NCBI GenBank assembly: GCA_963675245.1
Contig: OY775910.1
Span: 32,001-96,000 of the forward strand
DNA from: Acholeplasmataceae bacterium
Lineage (GTDB): Bacteria; Bacillota_I; Bacilli_A; Acholeplasmatales; Acholeplasmataceae
Length of the DNA: 64,000 nt
Reading direction: 5' to 3'
Part shown: positions 30,370 to 43,816 of the stretch, in pieces
Position numbering within the stretch: the stretch's first letter is position 1
Layout: every line of letters begins with the position of its first letter
Notes under the pieces: generated by a model
Databases searched by the model: none
Told to the model about the DNA's origin: nothing
What the model saw: only the letters and a program-made list of their open reading frames with translations
Made by a program: the position numbers and the translations under genes

Positions 30370-31356
30370 CTAAATCAGTGTACCACTAATTAAAAGTTCA
30401 GCAAATGCATCTTTATCGACGTCTAATATATAGCTTGAAATATCATGTGTTGATAAGATCTTCTTAAGATTCTCTTTTGTATAGACCTGATCTTTAAATA
30501 CATCTTCAAACGCTGATAAATCTTTTGTGTCGAAGAAATCACCTTGTAATGACATATGCTTAATTAAGCCATCATGTAGATCAAGTTGAATTTCAAATAA
30601 ACCGCCAGGAATTCTTTTCTTTAATAATTTTGTATAAGCTGGTTGTTGTTGATAGATCCATTCTTTGGTTTCATATTTTTTCGCCATCTCTTTAATGTGT
30701 AAAACTTCTTCATCCGATAACTCATATGTCTGATTTGTCATCGTATTTTCCCAATGTTTAATAAGCGCTTCTTGAGACATGCCTTTGAGATATGGTTTTA
30801 AATTGGTCACTCTAGAAGTGACAGAATTAATTCCTTTCGAAACGAGTTTTTCATCAGATGGTGTAATAGCTCTAACCATCGTTTCTAGATCACAATCATA
30901 TAAAAATGTGCCATGCATTAACATACCATGCTTATTTTGGAGAAAAGCATTTCCTGAGATTTTCTTACCTTCATAGAGTAAATCATTTCGACCACTAAAA
31001 GTAATTGGAACTCCTAGTAAAGCCATTGAATCGATAACTCTGGATAGATAAGTTTTAAATGAAAAGTTTTTATTTGTTCGTTTTGTTACAATCGAAAACA
31101 TCGTATTTCGATGATCCGCATATACACATCCACCACCTGTTGGACGTCTGTAAATATCAATATTATTTTCTTTCAAATAGTCTAAATTCACTTCATTTTC
31201 AATCACTTGATTTTTACCTATAACAACCCCGTGAATTTCCCATGTGAAAAAATAAGTCTCGTCATCTTTCAATAACGTATTTAAAACATATTCTTCTAAT
31301 GCAAAATAGAAATAAGGTTTTAAATGACCTTCATTATGATGTCTGATTAATATCAT
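30370..31356 (-). CDS. lplA: Lipoate-protein ligase A
   Basis: IGKNQ, RRPTGGGCVYAD, GRNDL, KKISGNA, HGTFLYD and SRVTNL motifs. Confidence 0.93.
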   Translation of the reverse strand: MILIRHHNEGHLKPYFYFALEEYVLNTLLKDDETYFFTWEIHGVVIGKNQVIENEVNLDYLKENNIDIYRRPTGGGCVYADHRNTMFSIVTKRTNKNFSFKTYLSRVIDSMALLGVPITFSGRNDLLYEGKKISGNAFLQNKHGMLMHGTFLYDCDLETMVRAITPSDEKLVSKGINSVTSRVTNLKPYLKGMSQEALIKHWENTMTNQTYELSDEEVLHIKEMAKKYETKEWIYQQQPAYTKLLKKRIPGGLFEIQLDLHDGLIKHMSLQGDFFDTKDLSAFEDVFKDQVYTKENLKKILSTHDISSYILDVDKDAFAELLISGTLI

Positions 31357-31449
31357 AATAACCTCCAATATGCGTATCCTATCTTCATTATACCAAAACC
31401 AAAAAAAACGACCAATTTATATACAAAAAAAAGAGGCTAAGCCTCTTTA

Positions 31450-32565
31450 TTATTTAAATAAGTTTTTGAATTTTTGCCAATTTGAAGATTTATTCTTTTC
31501 TTCAAGTGTAGCAAGTTCTTCATATAATTTCTTCTCTTTTGCTGTGATATTCTTAGGCATCTCAACATCTACAACGACATGTTGATCACCTTTTCTCTTG
31601 GTTCTAACATTAGCAATACCTTTTTCTCGCATGCGAAGAACAGTACCTGGTTGTGTACCTGAAGGTATTTTTAAGTTAACGTCACCATAAATCGTAGGAA
31701 TATCAATTTGTGCCCCTAATACTGCTTGAGATACGGTGATTGGTACATTTAAGATAATATCGTCATTTCTACGTTTAAAGACTTTATGTGGTCGCACGCG
31801 AAAGTTCAAGTAAAGATCTCCCGTATCGCCACCATTCTTGCCACCATTACCATATCCTGCTACTTTTAATGACATATTATTATCTACACCGGCAGGAATA
31901 TTGACATCGACTGATTTATGCGTCCTAACTTGTCCATTGCCATGGCATACTTTACATGCATTTTTGATGATTTTCCCTTTACCACCACAAACAGGACAGA
32001 CTTGTTGTGTACGCATCGTACCAAACATTGTTCGTTGATCAACATTAATCACACCATCACCATGACATCTCGAACAGATTTCAATATCTTTAGAAGACTC
32101 TGCACCTGTGCCATGACATGCATGACATGTTTCATCAACATCGACTGATACATTCTTTTTTGTACCTAGTGCCGCTTCCATGAAATCCACTGTCATTATT
32201 TTCTCTAAATCTTCACCACGTGATGGACCATTATAGTTTTGTGATCTTTGTCTGCCGCCACCAAAAAATTGAGAGAAAATATCGCCGAAGCCACCCATAT
32301 CAGAAAATCCTTGGCCACCGAATCCTCCGGTACCACCAAATGGACTACCTTCATGGCCATATTGGTCATAGGTTGCCTTTTTCTGTGGATCTGAAAGCGT
32401 ATCATAAGCCTCTTGAACTTCTTTAAATTTCGCTTCCGCATTAGTCTCTTTAGAAATATCTGGATGATATTTTTTTGCTAAAGTACGGTATGCTTTTTTA
32501 ATGTCGTCGTTAGACGCACTTTTATTGACGCCTAATACGTCATAATAGTCTCTCTTGGTTGCCAT
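31450..32565 (-). CDS. dnaJ: Chaperone DnaJ
   Basis: J-domain HPD, G/F-rich region, four CxxCxGxG repeats. Confidence 0.98.
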   Translation of the reverse strand: MATKRDYYDVLGVNKSASNDDIKKAYRTLAKKYHPDISKETNAEAKFKEVQEAYDTLSDPQKKATYDQYGHEGSPFGGTGGFGGQGFSDMGGFGDIFSQFFGGGRQRSQNYNGPSRGEDLEKIMTVDFMEAALGTKKNVSVDVDETCHACHGTGAESSKDIEICSRCHGDGVINVDQRTMFGTMRTQQVCPVCGGKGKIIKNACKVCHGNGQVRTHKSVDVNIPAGVDNNMSLKVAGYGNGGKNGGDTGDLYLNFRVRPHKVFKRRNDDIILNVPITVSQAVLGAQIDIPTIYGDVNLKIPSGTQPGTVLRMREKGIANVRTKRKGDQHVVVDVEMPKNITAKEKKLYEELATLEEKNKSSNWQKFKNLFK

Positions 32566-32609
32566 AGCATCATCTCCATAGGCAATAAGGGGCAATGCCC
32601 CTTACTGGT

Positions 32610-35001
<2,392 letters not shown>

Positions 35002-35012
35002 GTTCTTTTCCT

Positions 35013-36026
35013 TTATTTTTTATAGAGTTTTGCAAGATTACCTGCGATATATTCAATAAGTGGAATAACTTTGTTATATTCCATTCTTGTTGGTCCTACA
35101 ACTGCGATGGTGCCATGTTCATGTTCTGAGACACGATAAGGTATTGAAATAACGGTGCAATTTTCCATTGGAATCATATTTAAATCCGATGAAAACTTTA
35201 CAGATAAAGAATCCCCTTCACCAATTAATCTAAGTAAATCTCTGCGATCTAACATATCAACAAAACTCTTAATGTTTTTCACATTGTGGAATTCTGGTTG
35301 AGTGAATACATTGGTCATGCCTGATAAATAGAAATTATCTTCTGCAAATCTTGAAAATGCATTAATGAATGATTCAATAATTTGATTTTGATATTCCATA
35401 AATGAGTCAATTTCTTTTTTCGCTAATGTATTTTTCAAGATAAGATTCGCTTCGCCAATCGAACGATCTTTCAGTAAATCATCTAACGTCTTAATCACTT
35501 TTCTAACATCCTCAACGCCGCCACCTTCTGGGATGTGAATGTGCTGATGTTGTACATGCCCTTGATCAGTTACAATCAAAATAACTGCTTCATCGTTTGA
35601 GACGGGAATAAAATCGATTCGTTTGATGAGATTTTTCTGTGCACTAGGTCCGATTGCCATCGCTGTATAATTTGTTAAATCTGATAATAATACAATGGCT
35701 TTTTCAATGGCTTGTTCTCTTGCCATTTTATTTTTATAAAAGATTTCATCAATCAAAGGATATGAATCTTGGACCTTTGAATCACGTGTTACTAAATGCT
35801 CGACATAATAGCGATATCCGAGTTCTGAAGGAACACGTCCACTTGAAGTATGGGTTTTTTCAAGATATCCTAGATCTTCTAGTGCCGCCATATCATAACG
35901 TAGTGTTGCAGATGAAAAGTTCAAATATGGTAGTTGTGTTAAATATTTTGAACCTACTGGTTGCGCATCTTTAACATAAGCTTCTATTATCGCTTTTAGG
36001 ATTAATTTTTGCCTACTTGTCAACAT
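35013..36026 (-). CDS. hrcA: Heat-inducible transcription repressor HrcA
   Basis: MLTSRQKLIL, PVGSK, SSATLRYDM, HTSSGRVPS and GPTRMEY; AAGGAG RBS before ATG 36026. Confidence 0.97.
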   Translation of the reverse strand: MLTSRQKLILKAIIEAYVKDAQPVGSKYLTQLPYLNFSSATLRYDMAALEDLGYLEKTHTSSGRVPSELGYRYYVEHLVTRDSKVQDSYPLIDEIFYKNKMAREQAIEKAIVLLSDLTNYTAMAIGPSAQKNLIKRIDFIPVSNDEAVILIVTDQGHVQHQHIHIPEGGGVEDVRKVIKTLDDLLKDRSIGEANLILKNTLAKKEIDSFMEYQNQIIESFINAFSRFAEDNFYLSGMTNVFTQPEFHNVKNIKSFVDMLDRRDLLRLIGEGDSLSVKFSSDLNMIPMENCTVISIPYRVSEHEHGTIAVVGPTRMEYNKVIPLIEYIAGNLAKLYKK

Positions 36027-36038
36027 GCAATCACTCCT

Positions 36039-36112
36039 TTTGCACTCGATCTTACTTTGTGCCAATACTATTGTATGATAAACATTTGGCACTGTCAAGT
36101 ATTTTGTGCTAA
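36039..36112 (-). promoter_or_regulatory. hrcA promoter with two tandem CIRCE operators
   Basis: TTAGCAC-N13-GTGCCAA (36086-36112) contains the -35 TTGACA; 17-bp spacer; TACAAT; second box TTGGCAC-N13-GTGCAAA (36039-36065). Confidence 0.9.
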
Positions 36113-36172
36113 TTCCCACATTTTAATGTATCTAAACAAAAAGCCCTAAAAAGGGCTTCAAAATTATCATTA

Positions 36173-37378
36173 TCAGACATGATATGCAATAAGTGCTTTT
36201 TTCATCACATCATTGACAAATATTGATTTTGCATCATCATATGCATCTTGATTGTATTTATGAATATCAGCTAGGTCAAGTTTAAGTGCTTCGTATTCTT
36301 TTGCCAAAACAGGATGTGCATTTAAGTAATCTCTAAAATATATCTCATTACAATCATTTTTATACCGTAAATGAACATGAAATACATCTCTAGCAAAACC
36401 GTGTTTAGTATATCCTTTATTTAAAGAGATTCTGCTCTCAGATTGATCCATTATTCGATATCCTATTTTTTCCATCATTTGTGCAATTTCAATGATATTT
36501 TTTCTACCATCAATAATGATCAGTATATCAATGATATTTTTTGCTTGTATATCATTAATTGCCGTACTGCCAATATGTTCAATCCGCTTCACATTTTTTC
36601 TTGTCATATGATTGAAAATGTATCTTTTTTCACGTGCAAAACGTCTTGTCCATGCATTTTTATGTGGAACTAAAAATACAGGAAATAATTCCCAAAATTC
36701 TTCCATTGTCATTTGATCAAGAGGTTTATTGTCTCGAATCACATTTCTGATTAGCATGGTCGTTGATATGAGAATTGCAATCGACCCCATAATTAAACCT
36801 AATATCGCATTGTAATTAAATGTTAAACTACCGTCATTAGTGACAAATGTAATAATCGCGCTTTGTGTGACTGCAATGGCAACTAGTGCACTAATGAGCG
36901 TTACTACTTTACGTGCTGTAAGTAACGAATCTCTTAAATAATACGACTTTATTAATCCTCTAATAGCGACGCCTAATTCAGTAAATGATACAATAGCAAT
37001 CCCTAAGCTTAATACCATGCCATAATTAAATTCATCGACCTCAATATAAAATTGACGAATCATATAAAATGAGTAAATAATTGAACTTACTAGTAATGTA
37101 CTATACATCAAAACAACATACTTTTTTTCTTTAGTAGCAATCAAGTTTGATCTATTTACACCTCTAAAAAATAATTGTACTGTTAAACCTATACCCAAAG
37201 AATAAAAGCTAGATACGATCAAGAAGTATGATGAAATATAAAAAGCAGCAATTATTTTAAAAGCTGCCGCACCAAAATTAGTCACCATAGCCACTAAGGC
37301 TAATTTATGGTTTCTTGTTTTAAAATCAAATAAATTATATTTAATTAAGAACTGTTTAATCCGTTTAAATATGATCAT
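36173..37378 (-). CDS. 6-TM membrane domain fused to a GrpB (UPF0157, nucleotidyltransferase-fold) domain
   Basis: C-terminal IEHIGSTAI, AKNIIDI, FHVHLR, FRDYL, YEALK and YDDAKS motifs; hydrophobic N-terminal half. Confidence 0.85.
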   Translation of the reverse strand: MIIFKRIKQFLIKYNLFDFKTRNHKLALVAMVTNFGAAAFKIIAAFYISSYFLIVSSFYSLGIGLTVQLFFRGVNRSNLIATKEKKYVVLMYSTLLVSSIIYSFYMIRQFYIEVDEFNYGMVLSLGIAIVSFTELGVAIRGLIKSYYLRDSLLTARKVVTLISALVAIAVTQSAIITFVTNDGSLTFNYNAILGLIMGSIAILISTTMLIRNVIRDNKPLDQMTMEEFWELFPVFLVPHKNAWTRRFAREKRYIFNHMTRKNVKRIEHIGSTAINDIQAKNIIDILIIIDGRKNIIEIAQMMEKIGYRIMDQSESRISLNKGYTKHGFARDVFHVHLRYKNDCNEIYFRDYLNAHPVLAKEYEALKLDLADIHKYNQDAYDDAKSIFVNDVMKKALIAYHV

Positions 37379-37396
37379 AAATTGAACCTATGATTT

Positions 37397-38011
37397 TTAT
37401 TTTAATTGTTTTGCCCATTTTTTATAATATAAATTTTTCTTTTGTTCATCTCGAATAATTGTGAAATCATCATGTCCTGGATAAACTTTTGTATTGCCTG
37501 GCAACTCACATAATTTAATGACACTTCTTCTAATCTCTGACAAGCTTCCAGAATATAAATCATGTCTACCTACATCTTCTTTAAAAAGTGTATCACCAGA
37601 AAACAATCTAGTTTGATATAAAAAAGAAAGTGATCCTGCAGTATGTCCTGGTGTAAATATGACTTCAATAAATTGATCTGCAAGTGGAATTTTATCACCA
37701 TCATTTACGAATCGGAAGTCAAGTTCTTTTCGTTTATAGGGGTGTGTTTTTGGTTCATACCCATTATAGTTGTCTTCAAACAGTAAATGGGCATCTTTTT
37801 CATGCATATAAATCGGTGCATTAAATTCACCGATTAGATCAACGTGATCAGCATGTGCGTGCGTCAATAAAATGCCTGTTAATCTTCGATTATCGATACT
37901 TTCTGTGATGGTTTCATAATCATGAGAGGGATCAATTACCACACAACAATCAAATCGACAAAGTACATAACAATGAGCATAATCATTACGCTCTTTAATA
38001 ATTTTAAACAT
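37397..38011 (-). CDS. MBL-fold metallo-hydrolase (glyoxalase II-like)
   Basis: THAHADH, TPGHTAGS, FSGDTLF and YPGH motifs. Confidence 0.92.
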   Translation of the reverse strand: MFKIIKERNDYAHCYVLCRFDCCVVIDPSHDYETITESIDNRRLTGILLTHAHADHVDLIGEFNAPIYMHEKDAHLLFEDNYNGYEPKTHPYKRKELDFRFVNDGDKIPLADQFIEVIFTPGHTAGSLSFLYQTRLFSGDTLFKEDVGRHDLYSGSLSEIRRSVIKLCELPGNTKVYPGHDDFTIIRDEQKKNLYYKKWAKQLK

Positions 38012-38046
38012 GGCTAGTTAGAAAAAAAACTATTCGGAAGAATAGC

Positions 38047-38196
38047 TTATTTCTTTTCCTTGTGATTGGTATGCTTCTTGCAAGTTGGGCAATACTTGTT
38101 CATTTCAAGGCGTTCTGGTTTTGTCTTTTTATTTTTATCTGTATGATAGTTTTCATTGCCACATTCGGTGCAGACCAATTTAACGAGATCTCTCAT
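38047..38196 (-). CDS. rpmG: 50S ribosomal protein L33 (Zn-ribbon form)
   Basis: [12 protein letters not shown]...[25 protein letters not shown]. Confidence 0.96.
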   Translation of the reverse strand: MRDLVKLVCTECGNENYHTDKNKKTKPERLEMNKYCPTCKKHTNHKEKK

Positions 38197-38330
38197 GTTA
38201 TCCCTCCAGACATACGCAAACATTATACCAAAGTTAGATAAATATTTCAACGCTTTTAAGTGTTTTTTAAGTTTAAGTAAAAAACTATATTTTTTACAGG
38301 TTTTCACTTATAATGAATGTGGTGATAAAT

Positions 38331-39410
38331 ATGTTACAAAGAGAAAAGACAAGACAATTTCATGTCGGAGATTTAGCTTTTGGTGGAAACAATAAAGTCT
38401 ATATTCAAAGCATGACAACGACGTATACAAAAGATGTCAAAGCAACCGTCGATCAAATCACAAAGCTCTATGAAGCAGGTTGTGAGATTGTAAGAGTTGC
38501 TGTTTTAGATATGGAAGATGCAAAATCATTAGGTGAAATTAAACGGCAAATCAAGATTCCATTAGTTGCAGATATTCACTTTAATTATCAATTGGCACTT
38601 GAAGCAATTAATCAGGGTGTTGATAAGATTAGATTGAATCCTGGAAATATTCCAAAACGTGAACAAGTTGAACAGGTAGTTGCAGCATGCAAGGAAAAAC
38701 ATATTCCAATACGTATTGGTGTAAACTCCGGATCACTTCCTGGCCGTGCTGAACCAACTGCTGAACTGATGGTTGAAACAGCGAAACATCATGTTGACAT
38801 TTTAGAATCAATGGATTTTTATGATATCGCGATATCTTTAAAAGCAACAGATATGAATTTAATGGTTGCTGCTAACAGATTAGCTGCTAAAACATTCCCT
38901 TACCCACTTCATTTAGGCGTCACTGAAGCAGGAACAGCATTTTCTGGTGCCATTAAAAGTGCCATGGGTATCGGTATTATTCTTTCAGAAGGTATTGGAA
39001 ATACGATCCGTGTATCATTAACTGATAATCCTGTATTAGAAATACAAGCAGCAAAAGAAATCCTAAAAAACCTTGGTTTAAAAGACAAAGTACCTAACTT
39101 GATTTCTTGTCCAACATGCGGTCGTATTCAATACGATATGATTGATATAGCAAAACGTATTGAACAATACTTGCTTAAGGTTAATAAAACAATCAATGTT
39201 GCCATTATGGGATGCGCCGTTAATGGACCTGGTGAAGCAAAACATGCCGATATTGGTGTTGCTGGTGGCAAGGGTGAAGCACTTCTATTTAGAAAAGGTG
39301 AAATCATTAAAAAAATCAAAGAAGCCGATGTTTATGATGAACTCATTAAAGAAATTGATCAATTTGATGATTCAATCAATTCACAAAAATTATCTATGCA
39401 TGCTGATTAA
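38331..39410 (+). CDS. ispG: 4-hydroxy-3-methylbut-2-enyl diphosphate synthase (MEP pathway)
   Basis: [32 protein letters not shown] and [10 protein letters not shown] motifs. Confidence 0.97.
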   Translation: MLQREKTRQFHVGDLAFGGNNKVYIQSMTTTYTKDVKATVDQITKLYEAGCEIVRVAVLDMEDAKSLGEIKRQIKIPLVADIHFNYQLALEAINQGVDKIRLNPGNIPKREQVEQVVAACKEKHIPIRIGVNSGSLPGRAEPTAELMVETAKHHVDILESMDFYDIAISLKATDMNLMVAANRLAAKTFPYPLHLGVTEAGTAFSGAIKSAMGIGIILSEGIGNTIRVSLTDNPVLEIQAAKEILKNLGLKDKVPNLISCPTCGRIQYDMIDIAKRIEQYLLKVNKTINVAIMGCAVNGPGEAKHADIGVAGGKGEALLFRKGEIIKKIKEADVYDELIKEIDQFDDSINSQKLSMHAD

Positions 39411-39733
39411 TATTCATCGTAGATATTTCAGAAGAAAAACTATTGATAGTTTACCAATTTGTATTTACTTACAAACTTCATCATGATGTAAACAGTTGCA
39501 TTTAAGTCTTTATCATTACGTTTCGACGATCATTTCTTTAAGTTCATTCAAATAAGGTAAAACACATGATTTATTGGACTTACCGATTGACTGTGATGTT
39601 AGATGATATTTTCAATTCAATGAGGGTTTATCCTCATTTTTTTGTTATAAACAAAGCATTTTATGAGCACATTAATTGATTTACCATACATTTACTTCAA
39701 AACACATAGTTTCTCAATTATTGAAAACAAATA

Positions 39734-40141
39734 TCATGATTGCTTAATTATCGCTTTTTCAGTGGTTATGAAACTAGAAATAATAGTAAATATAATGCTT
39801 AAAATGATGAAAATGATAATTGTAATAATCATACCTATATTTTCAGGATGACCAAACATGACGATATTATTTGCATAATCTACAATTGATCCAAAGACTT
39901 CATCCATCGTTATAAAAGCACCTAAAGCAATAGTGGAAATAATACCTACACCTATGATAATCCAATCATTATCATAAAATAATCGTAATGTTTCTATGAT
40001 GACTACTAGAATGATAAACAATAAAGCAAGTACACTCAAATAACCATAAACAATATTTAATATGAATGCAACCAAAGCACAAATTCCAGCATTAATTAAA
40101 CAAAAGAATCCAAGCTTTTTTTGTAGAAAATATTTCTTCAT
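39734..40141 (-). CDS. Small 4-TM membrane protein coupled to the GH3 gene
   Basis: Starts 2 nt after the GH3 stop; highly hydrophobic. Confidence 0.8.
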   Translation of the reverse strand: MKKYFLQKKLGFFCLINAGICALVAFILNIVYGYLSVLALLFIILVVIIETLRLFYDNDWIIIGVGIISTIALGAFITMDEVFGSIVDYANNIVMFGHPENIGMIITIIIFIILSIIFTIISSFITTEKAIIKQS

Positions 40142-40142
40142 A

Positions 40143-43100
40143 TTATTCTATTCCCCCTTTTTTGATATATGTATAAAACACAAACATCGTAATTGCACCA
40201 ACGGTGAGTAGGCTTATCGTGCCTAAAGTAACATATAATCCAATTTGCCAAACAGGGGTTACTTTTTCAATGATTGTTGTTGAAGTTATACCATTTGTTA
40301 GATTACTATGTGCATACATATAAACGGTATTCTTAAATGCTTTACGCAATGCATTAAGGACATCGCCATTATCAAATGTGTTAATTACAGAAGTCACATG
40401 TCTACCAGCATCACCTCGATCAAAACAAAAATTATCAGTACCAGCTAATATACACTCGATATAGTGTTGTTGATATGTTCCGATGCAAGCATCAGAAATA
40501 ACAGCACCTTCAAAACCCCATTCCTCTCTTAAAATTGACGTATTTAACGCATAACTTTGACCACTATATGTCACGCCTTGACGCGTAAATGATTGCATAA
40601 CATAATGAGCATTCGCTTTGTCGTTTCTTAAAATACTTTCAAAACCTCTAAGAGAACCCTCTCTCATTGCTTGTTCCGTATAGAATATACTGACACCTTG
40701 TCGATATACTTCCCAATCATTATTTGCAAAATGCTTCGGACCAGCAATCACTCCTGTTGACTGCAGTGCACCTAGTTTTATTTCTTCAACAAGATAAACA
40801 ACAAAAGCATCTTCTGAATCATATTCTTGGTTGCGTCCACTAAAAGGTGTTCGTTTCAAGTTTCCTCCGCCTGTGAAGGTTGCAGATACACGACCAAACA
40901 GACATTCTTCACCCATCAATCGACCACGATTTTCTTGTAGTGTTTTATTCCAAGTTGCAGCTAAAACTTGTGTATATAAGTTGAAAGGTCTAATCAAATC
41001 CTCATCATTATCAACGGTTTGTTCTCCATAACCCAATACTGAAGGAAATGATTCTCCCAGACTATCATCGCCATCTCCACGATTAGCAAATGGTAAAGTG
41101 ATTGCTGCAACTGCCGGACTACTTCCATTATCTTGAAGTAATAACGATAATTCATTAATTGTAAGTTGATGTAGTAATGACTCCCAAAGAAGTTCATCAT
41201 TATATGCAACACCAACCATATCGATAAATGATAACCCACTATATAAACCTAAAGAGATATCGCTTGCTGACAATGATGACGTTGTAACATCATATGTATC
41301 TCCACTTAATGCTTTTAACATATCTTCGCCAACACATCTAACGTTTACAGCAGATATAGGAAATGTACCTGACCAATCTTGTCTTGTCAGATAAGTTACC
41401 GTATCCCCTGTTTCCCAATAATTATAATCACTGTCTTCAAACTGATTTCTAACACGAATACCGGTTGAATCAGTATAAGCATATGAAAATGTATCTGGGG
41501 CACTATTTAAAGCAGGAACACCTTGTGTAATTTTATAGACACTATCTTCATTTGCAGTGTATGTAGCACCATTTTGATCATAGAGACCAGTATATCCCTT
41601 AAACCCTAATATGTTATTCAAAGCTTCATGTGCACTATTACCAACAGAAAAGTAATAATCTCCACCACTAAGTATATAACTTTCAGTATTTGCATAATCA
41701 TAACTAGCGAGAAGATATCGCTCAACTGGGATAATAATATCAACTGATTCGTTAGGATTAAGTAGATCAGTCTTATCGTACGCGACGAGTTGAATAGAAG
41801 ATTTTTCAACCAAATAAGTCTTTTCATATTCACCATATGGTGTTTGAGCATAAACCAATACAGCTTTTTTACCAGATACTGAACCTGTATTTGTTACAGT
41901 TACTGTAACATCATAATAACCAGTTGATGAATCATAACTCACATGTTTAATTTCTTGTGTAAATGTTGTATATGACAACCCAAACCCAAATGGATAACAC
42001 ATTTCATCTGCATAATTCCATGAACCATTTGATTTAAATGCGCCAATTGCAGAATTCGCATCACCTTGTCTCATAATCACATCTTCATATCTGGTTTCGT
42101 AATATTTGTATCCAACATAAATATTTTCTTGTTGAACTGAAACCCATTTAACTGAAAAGTCCGAACCATCTTCATTATCAATAGCAGATATGACTTCATC
42201 AACGTTAGACCATGTTGGTGTATTATTAGCGGCATTTACGATTGCTGGCGAAGATAATGAATCGGAAGCCCAAGTGTCTGTTAATTGGCCAGATGGATTT
42301 ACAGAACCATTTAAAATGTTTGCTAGCCCTTTAAATCCTTCAGTACCTGGTGTACAAATCCAAAGAGCGGCGTCCACATCATAATCATTAAACCAATCTA
42401 ATTCCATGAAATAAGGTGAATTAATAATGACGATAACTTTAGATATGTGACCAGCATCTTTTTCATTTTTTAAAAGGTTAAATAAATCTCTTTCACGTGC
42501 ATGAAGTGCTAGTGATGAAATAACTTGATCATCAATATCAGTTTCAGATACAAACATATCCGTCCCCTCACCTGCTTCTCTGGCAAGCATAACTAGTGCA
42601 ACATCTCCTTGCCAAGTATCTTCATAACCATTTAGAAATGAAATGTCTTCTTCTGTTATACCAGAACCTTTCGTTCTCCTGTCAATGGTTTTGATAGATG
42701 AGTTTAAATAATGATTCCAAAGTGTTTCATTTATTGCAAAACCACCGTAGGTCAAACCTTCTTTTAAATCTATCATATATTCAGGATTATCTGTGTATAA
42801 AGAAGTACCTGCTGATACTGTATGATAAAGTGGATCAACAGAAGCATGTCCAAATGTTGTAATACGTTCGCTATTAGCATCTAACGGTAGGGCATTATGC
42901 TCATTTCTTAGAAGAACGAACCCCTCTTCACCTTCTTTAATGGTTTGTTCATAAGTATCTGAAATCAATACACGAAGATTGTCTGGTGTAAAATCACCAT
43001 AATTGCTTTTATAATAAATTGTATCTGAATTTTGATTACCTGTGTCAACAACTCTGCTTGTGGAAACGCCTAAATAAGCATTGATTTCTGTTGCATAATC

Positions 43101-43187
43101 TAAAGCAATAATTGTAATAAAAATTGAAATAACAAGAAAAACTGATAGCAATGTTGATATTCCGCGCCAAATAAATTTATGTCTCAT
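40143..43187 (-). CDS. Membrane-anchored GH3 beta-glucosidase, permuted domain order
   Basis: N-terminal TM, GH3-C domain (VLLRN, NPSGQL), FnIII region, then barrel with GRNQEY, KHFANN and WGFEGAVISD; C-terminal TM. Confidence 0.92.
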   Translation of the reverse strand: MRHKFIWRGISTLLSVFLVISIFITIIALDYATEINAYLGVSTSRVVDTGNQNSDTIYYKSNYGDFTPDNLRVLISDTYEQTIKEGEEGFVLLRNEHNALPLDANSERITTFGHASVDPLYHTVSAGTSLYTDNPEYMIDLKEGLTYGGFAINETLWNHYLNSSIKTIDRRTKGSGITEEDISFLNGYEDTWQGDVALVMLAREAGEGTDMFVSETDIDDQVISSLALHARERDLFNLLKNEKDAGHISKVIVIINSPYFMELDWFNDYDVDAALWICTPGTEGFKGLANILNGSVNPSGQLTDTWASDSLSSPAIVNAANNTPTWSNVDEVISAIDNEDGSDFSVKWVSVQQENIYVGYKYYETRYEDVIMRQGDANSAIGAFKSNGSWNYADEMCYPFGFGLSYTTFTQEIKHVSYDSSTGYYDVTVTVTNTGSVSGKKAVLVYAQTPYGEYEKTYLVEKSSIQLVAYDKTDLLNPNESVDIIIPVERYLLASYDYANTESYILSGGDYYFSVGNSAHEALNNILGFKGYTGLYDQNGATYTANEDSVYKITQGVPALNSAPDTFSYAYTDSTGIRVRNQFEDSDYNYWETGDTVTYLTRQDWSGTFPISAVNVRCVGEDMLKALSGDTYDVTTSSLSASDISLGLYSGLSFIDMVGVAYNDELLWESLLHQLTINELSLLLQDNGSSPAVAAITLPFANRGDGDDSLGESFPSVLGYGEQTVDNDEDLIRPFNLYTQVLAATWNKTLQENRGRLMGEECLFGRVSATFTGGGNLKRTPFSGRNQEYDSEDAFVVYLVEEIKLGALQSTGVIAGPKHFANNDWEVYRQGVSIFYTEQAMREGSLRGFESILRNDKANAHYVMQSFTRQGVTYSGQSYALNTSILREEWGFEGAVISDACIGTYQQHYIECILAGTDNFCFDRGDAGRHVTSVINTFDNGDVLNALRKAFKNTVYMYAHSNLTNGITSTTIIEKVTPVWQIGLYVTLGTISLLTVGAITMFVFYTYIKKGGIE

Positions 43188-43479
43188 CGTTTTACACTTT
43201 CTTTGAAATAGTCTTTAGTCATTGAAGTTTGTATTATTTTTTATCCTTACATAACATTTTAGCTAACATTAAACTAATACTCAACTGCATATGTGAGTCA
43301 TCCAATATGGTTCATAGACTATATTATATGATTTATTTATAAACCAAAATATCAAAAACCAACTGTTAAAGAATTATATATAAATAATTGTTTTTGATAT
43401 AAAATATTGTGAAATAGAATTGTCAAATAATTGATAACTTAAAGTAATAAGAATATATCTTTATCTAGTCAATATTTTT

Positions 43480-43746
43480 CAACCAATTGATAAATTAGGT
43501 GCCAACCTTTTCTTTCAACTCATCGCAATGAGATATGAGAAAAGGCCTACCATCATTACGACGAATATACCACTATCAAAATGGGGTGAAACATTCTCAG
43601 ATGCCACACTGGCATCAGCGATTCTTGATTGCTTGGTACACCATTCTGTCGTCATCAAGATTACAGGTAAGTCTTATCGTCTTAAAGGCAAAATTGATTC
43701 GTCAGAACGCGCTTCAAAATCACTCAATGATGATGGCGCGCTATAG
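43480..43746 (+). pseudogene. istB: 5'-truncated IS21-family helper ATPase remnant
   Basis: PIDKLGANLFFQLIAMRYEKRPTIITTN...AILDCLVHH...GKSYRLK. Walker motifs absent; the usual LDRL is LDCL. Confidence 0.9.
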
Positions 43747-43816
43747 CACTTTATAACCGCCTTTATACAACATTTTCAAATCGCTTTTTTAATACATTTT
43801 CAAAACGCTATTGACA
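43480..43816 (+). mobile_element. Right end of an IS21-family element
   Basis: istB tail followed by three repeats at 24-bp period (CACTTTATAACCGC 43747, CATTTTCAAATCGC 43771, CATTTTCAAAACGC 43795), ending ATTGACA at 43816. Confidence 0.85.

Noticed and set aside
36027..36119. Extended N-termini in the ORF track (hrcA, rpmG, merR, padR, dioxygenase and others)
   Set aside because: They overlap promoters or operators; downstream starts with proper RBS spacing were used instead.
39440..39610. Minus-strand fragments TSQ...DKDLNATVYIM that recall the TnpB C-terminus (DRDxNAAxNI)
   Set aside because: The fragments are in different frames and lack the zinc-finger cysteines; likely coincidence or too decayed to call.
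43747..43808. Short periodic repeats here and at 44648-44700 as CRISPR arrays
   Set aside because: The 22-24-bp period is too short for repeat plus spacer, there are no cas genes, and transposon ends explain them better.
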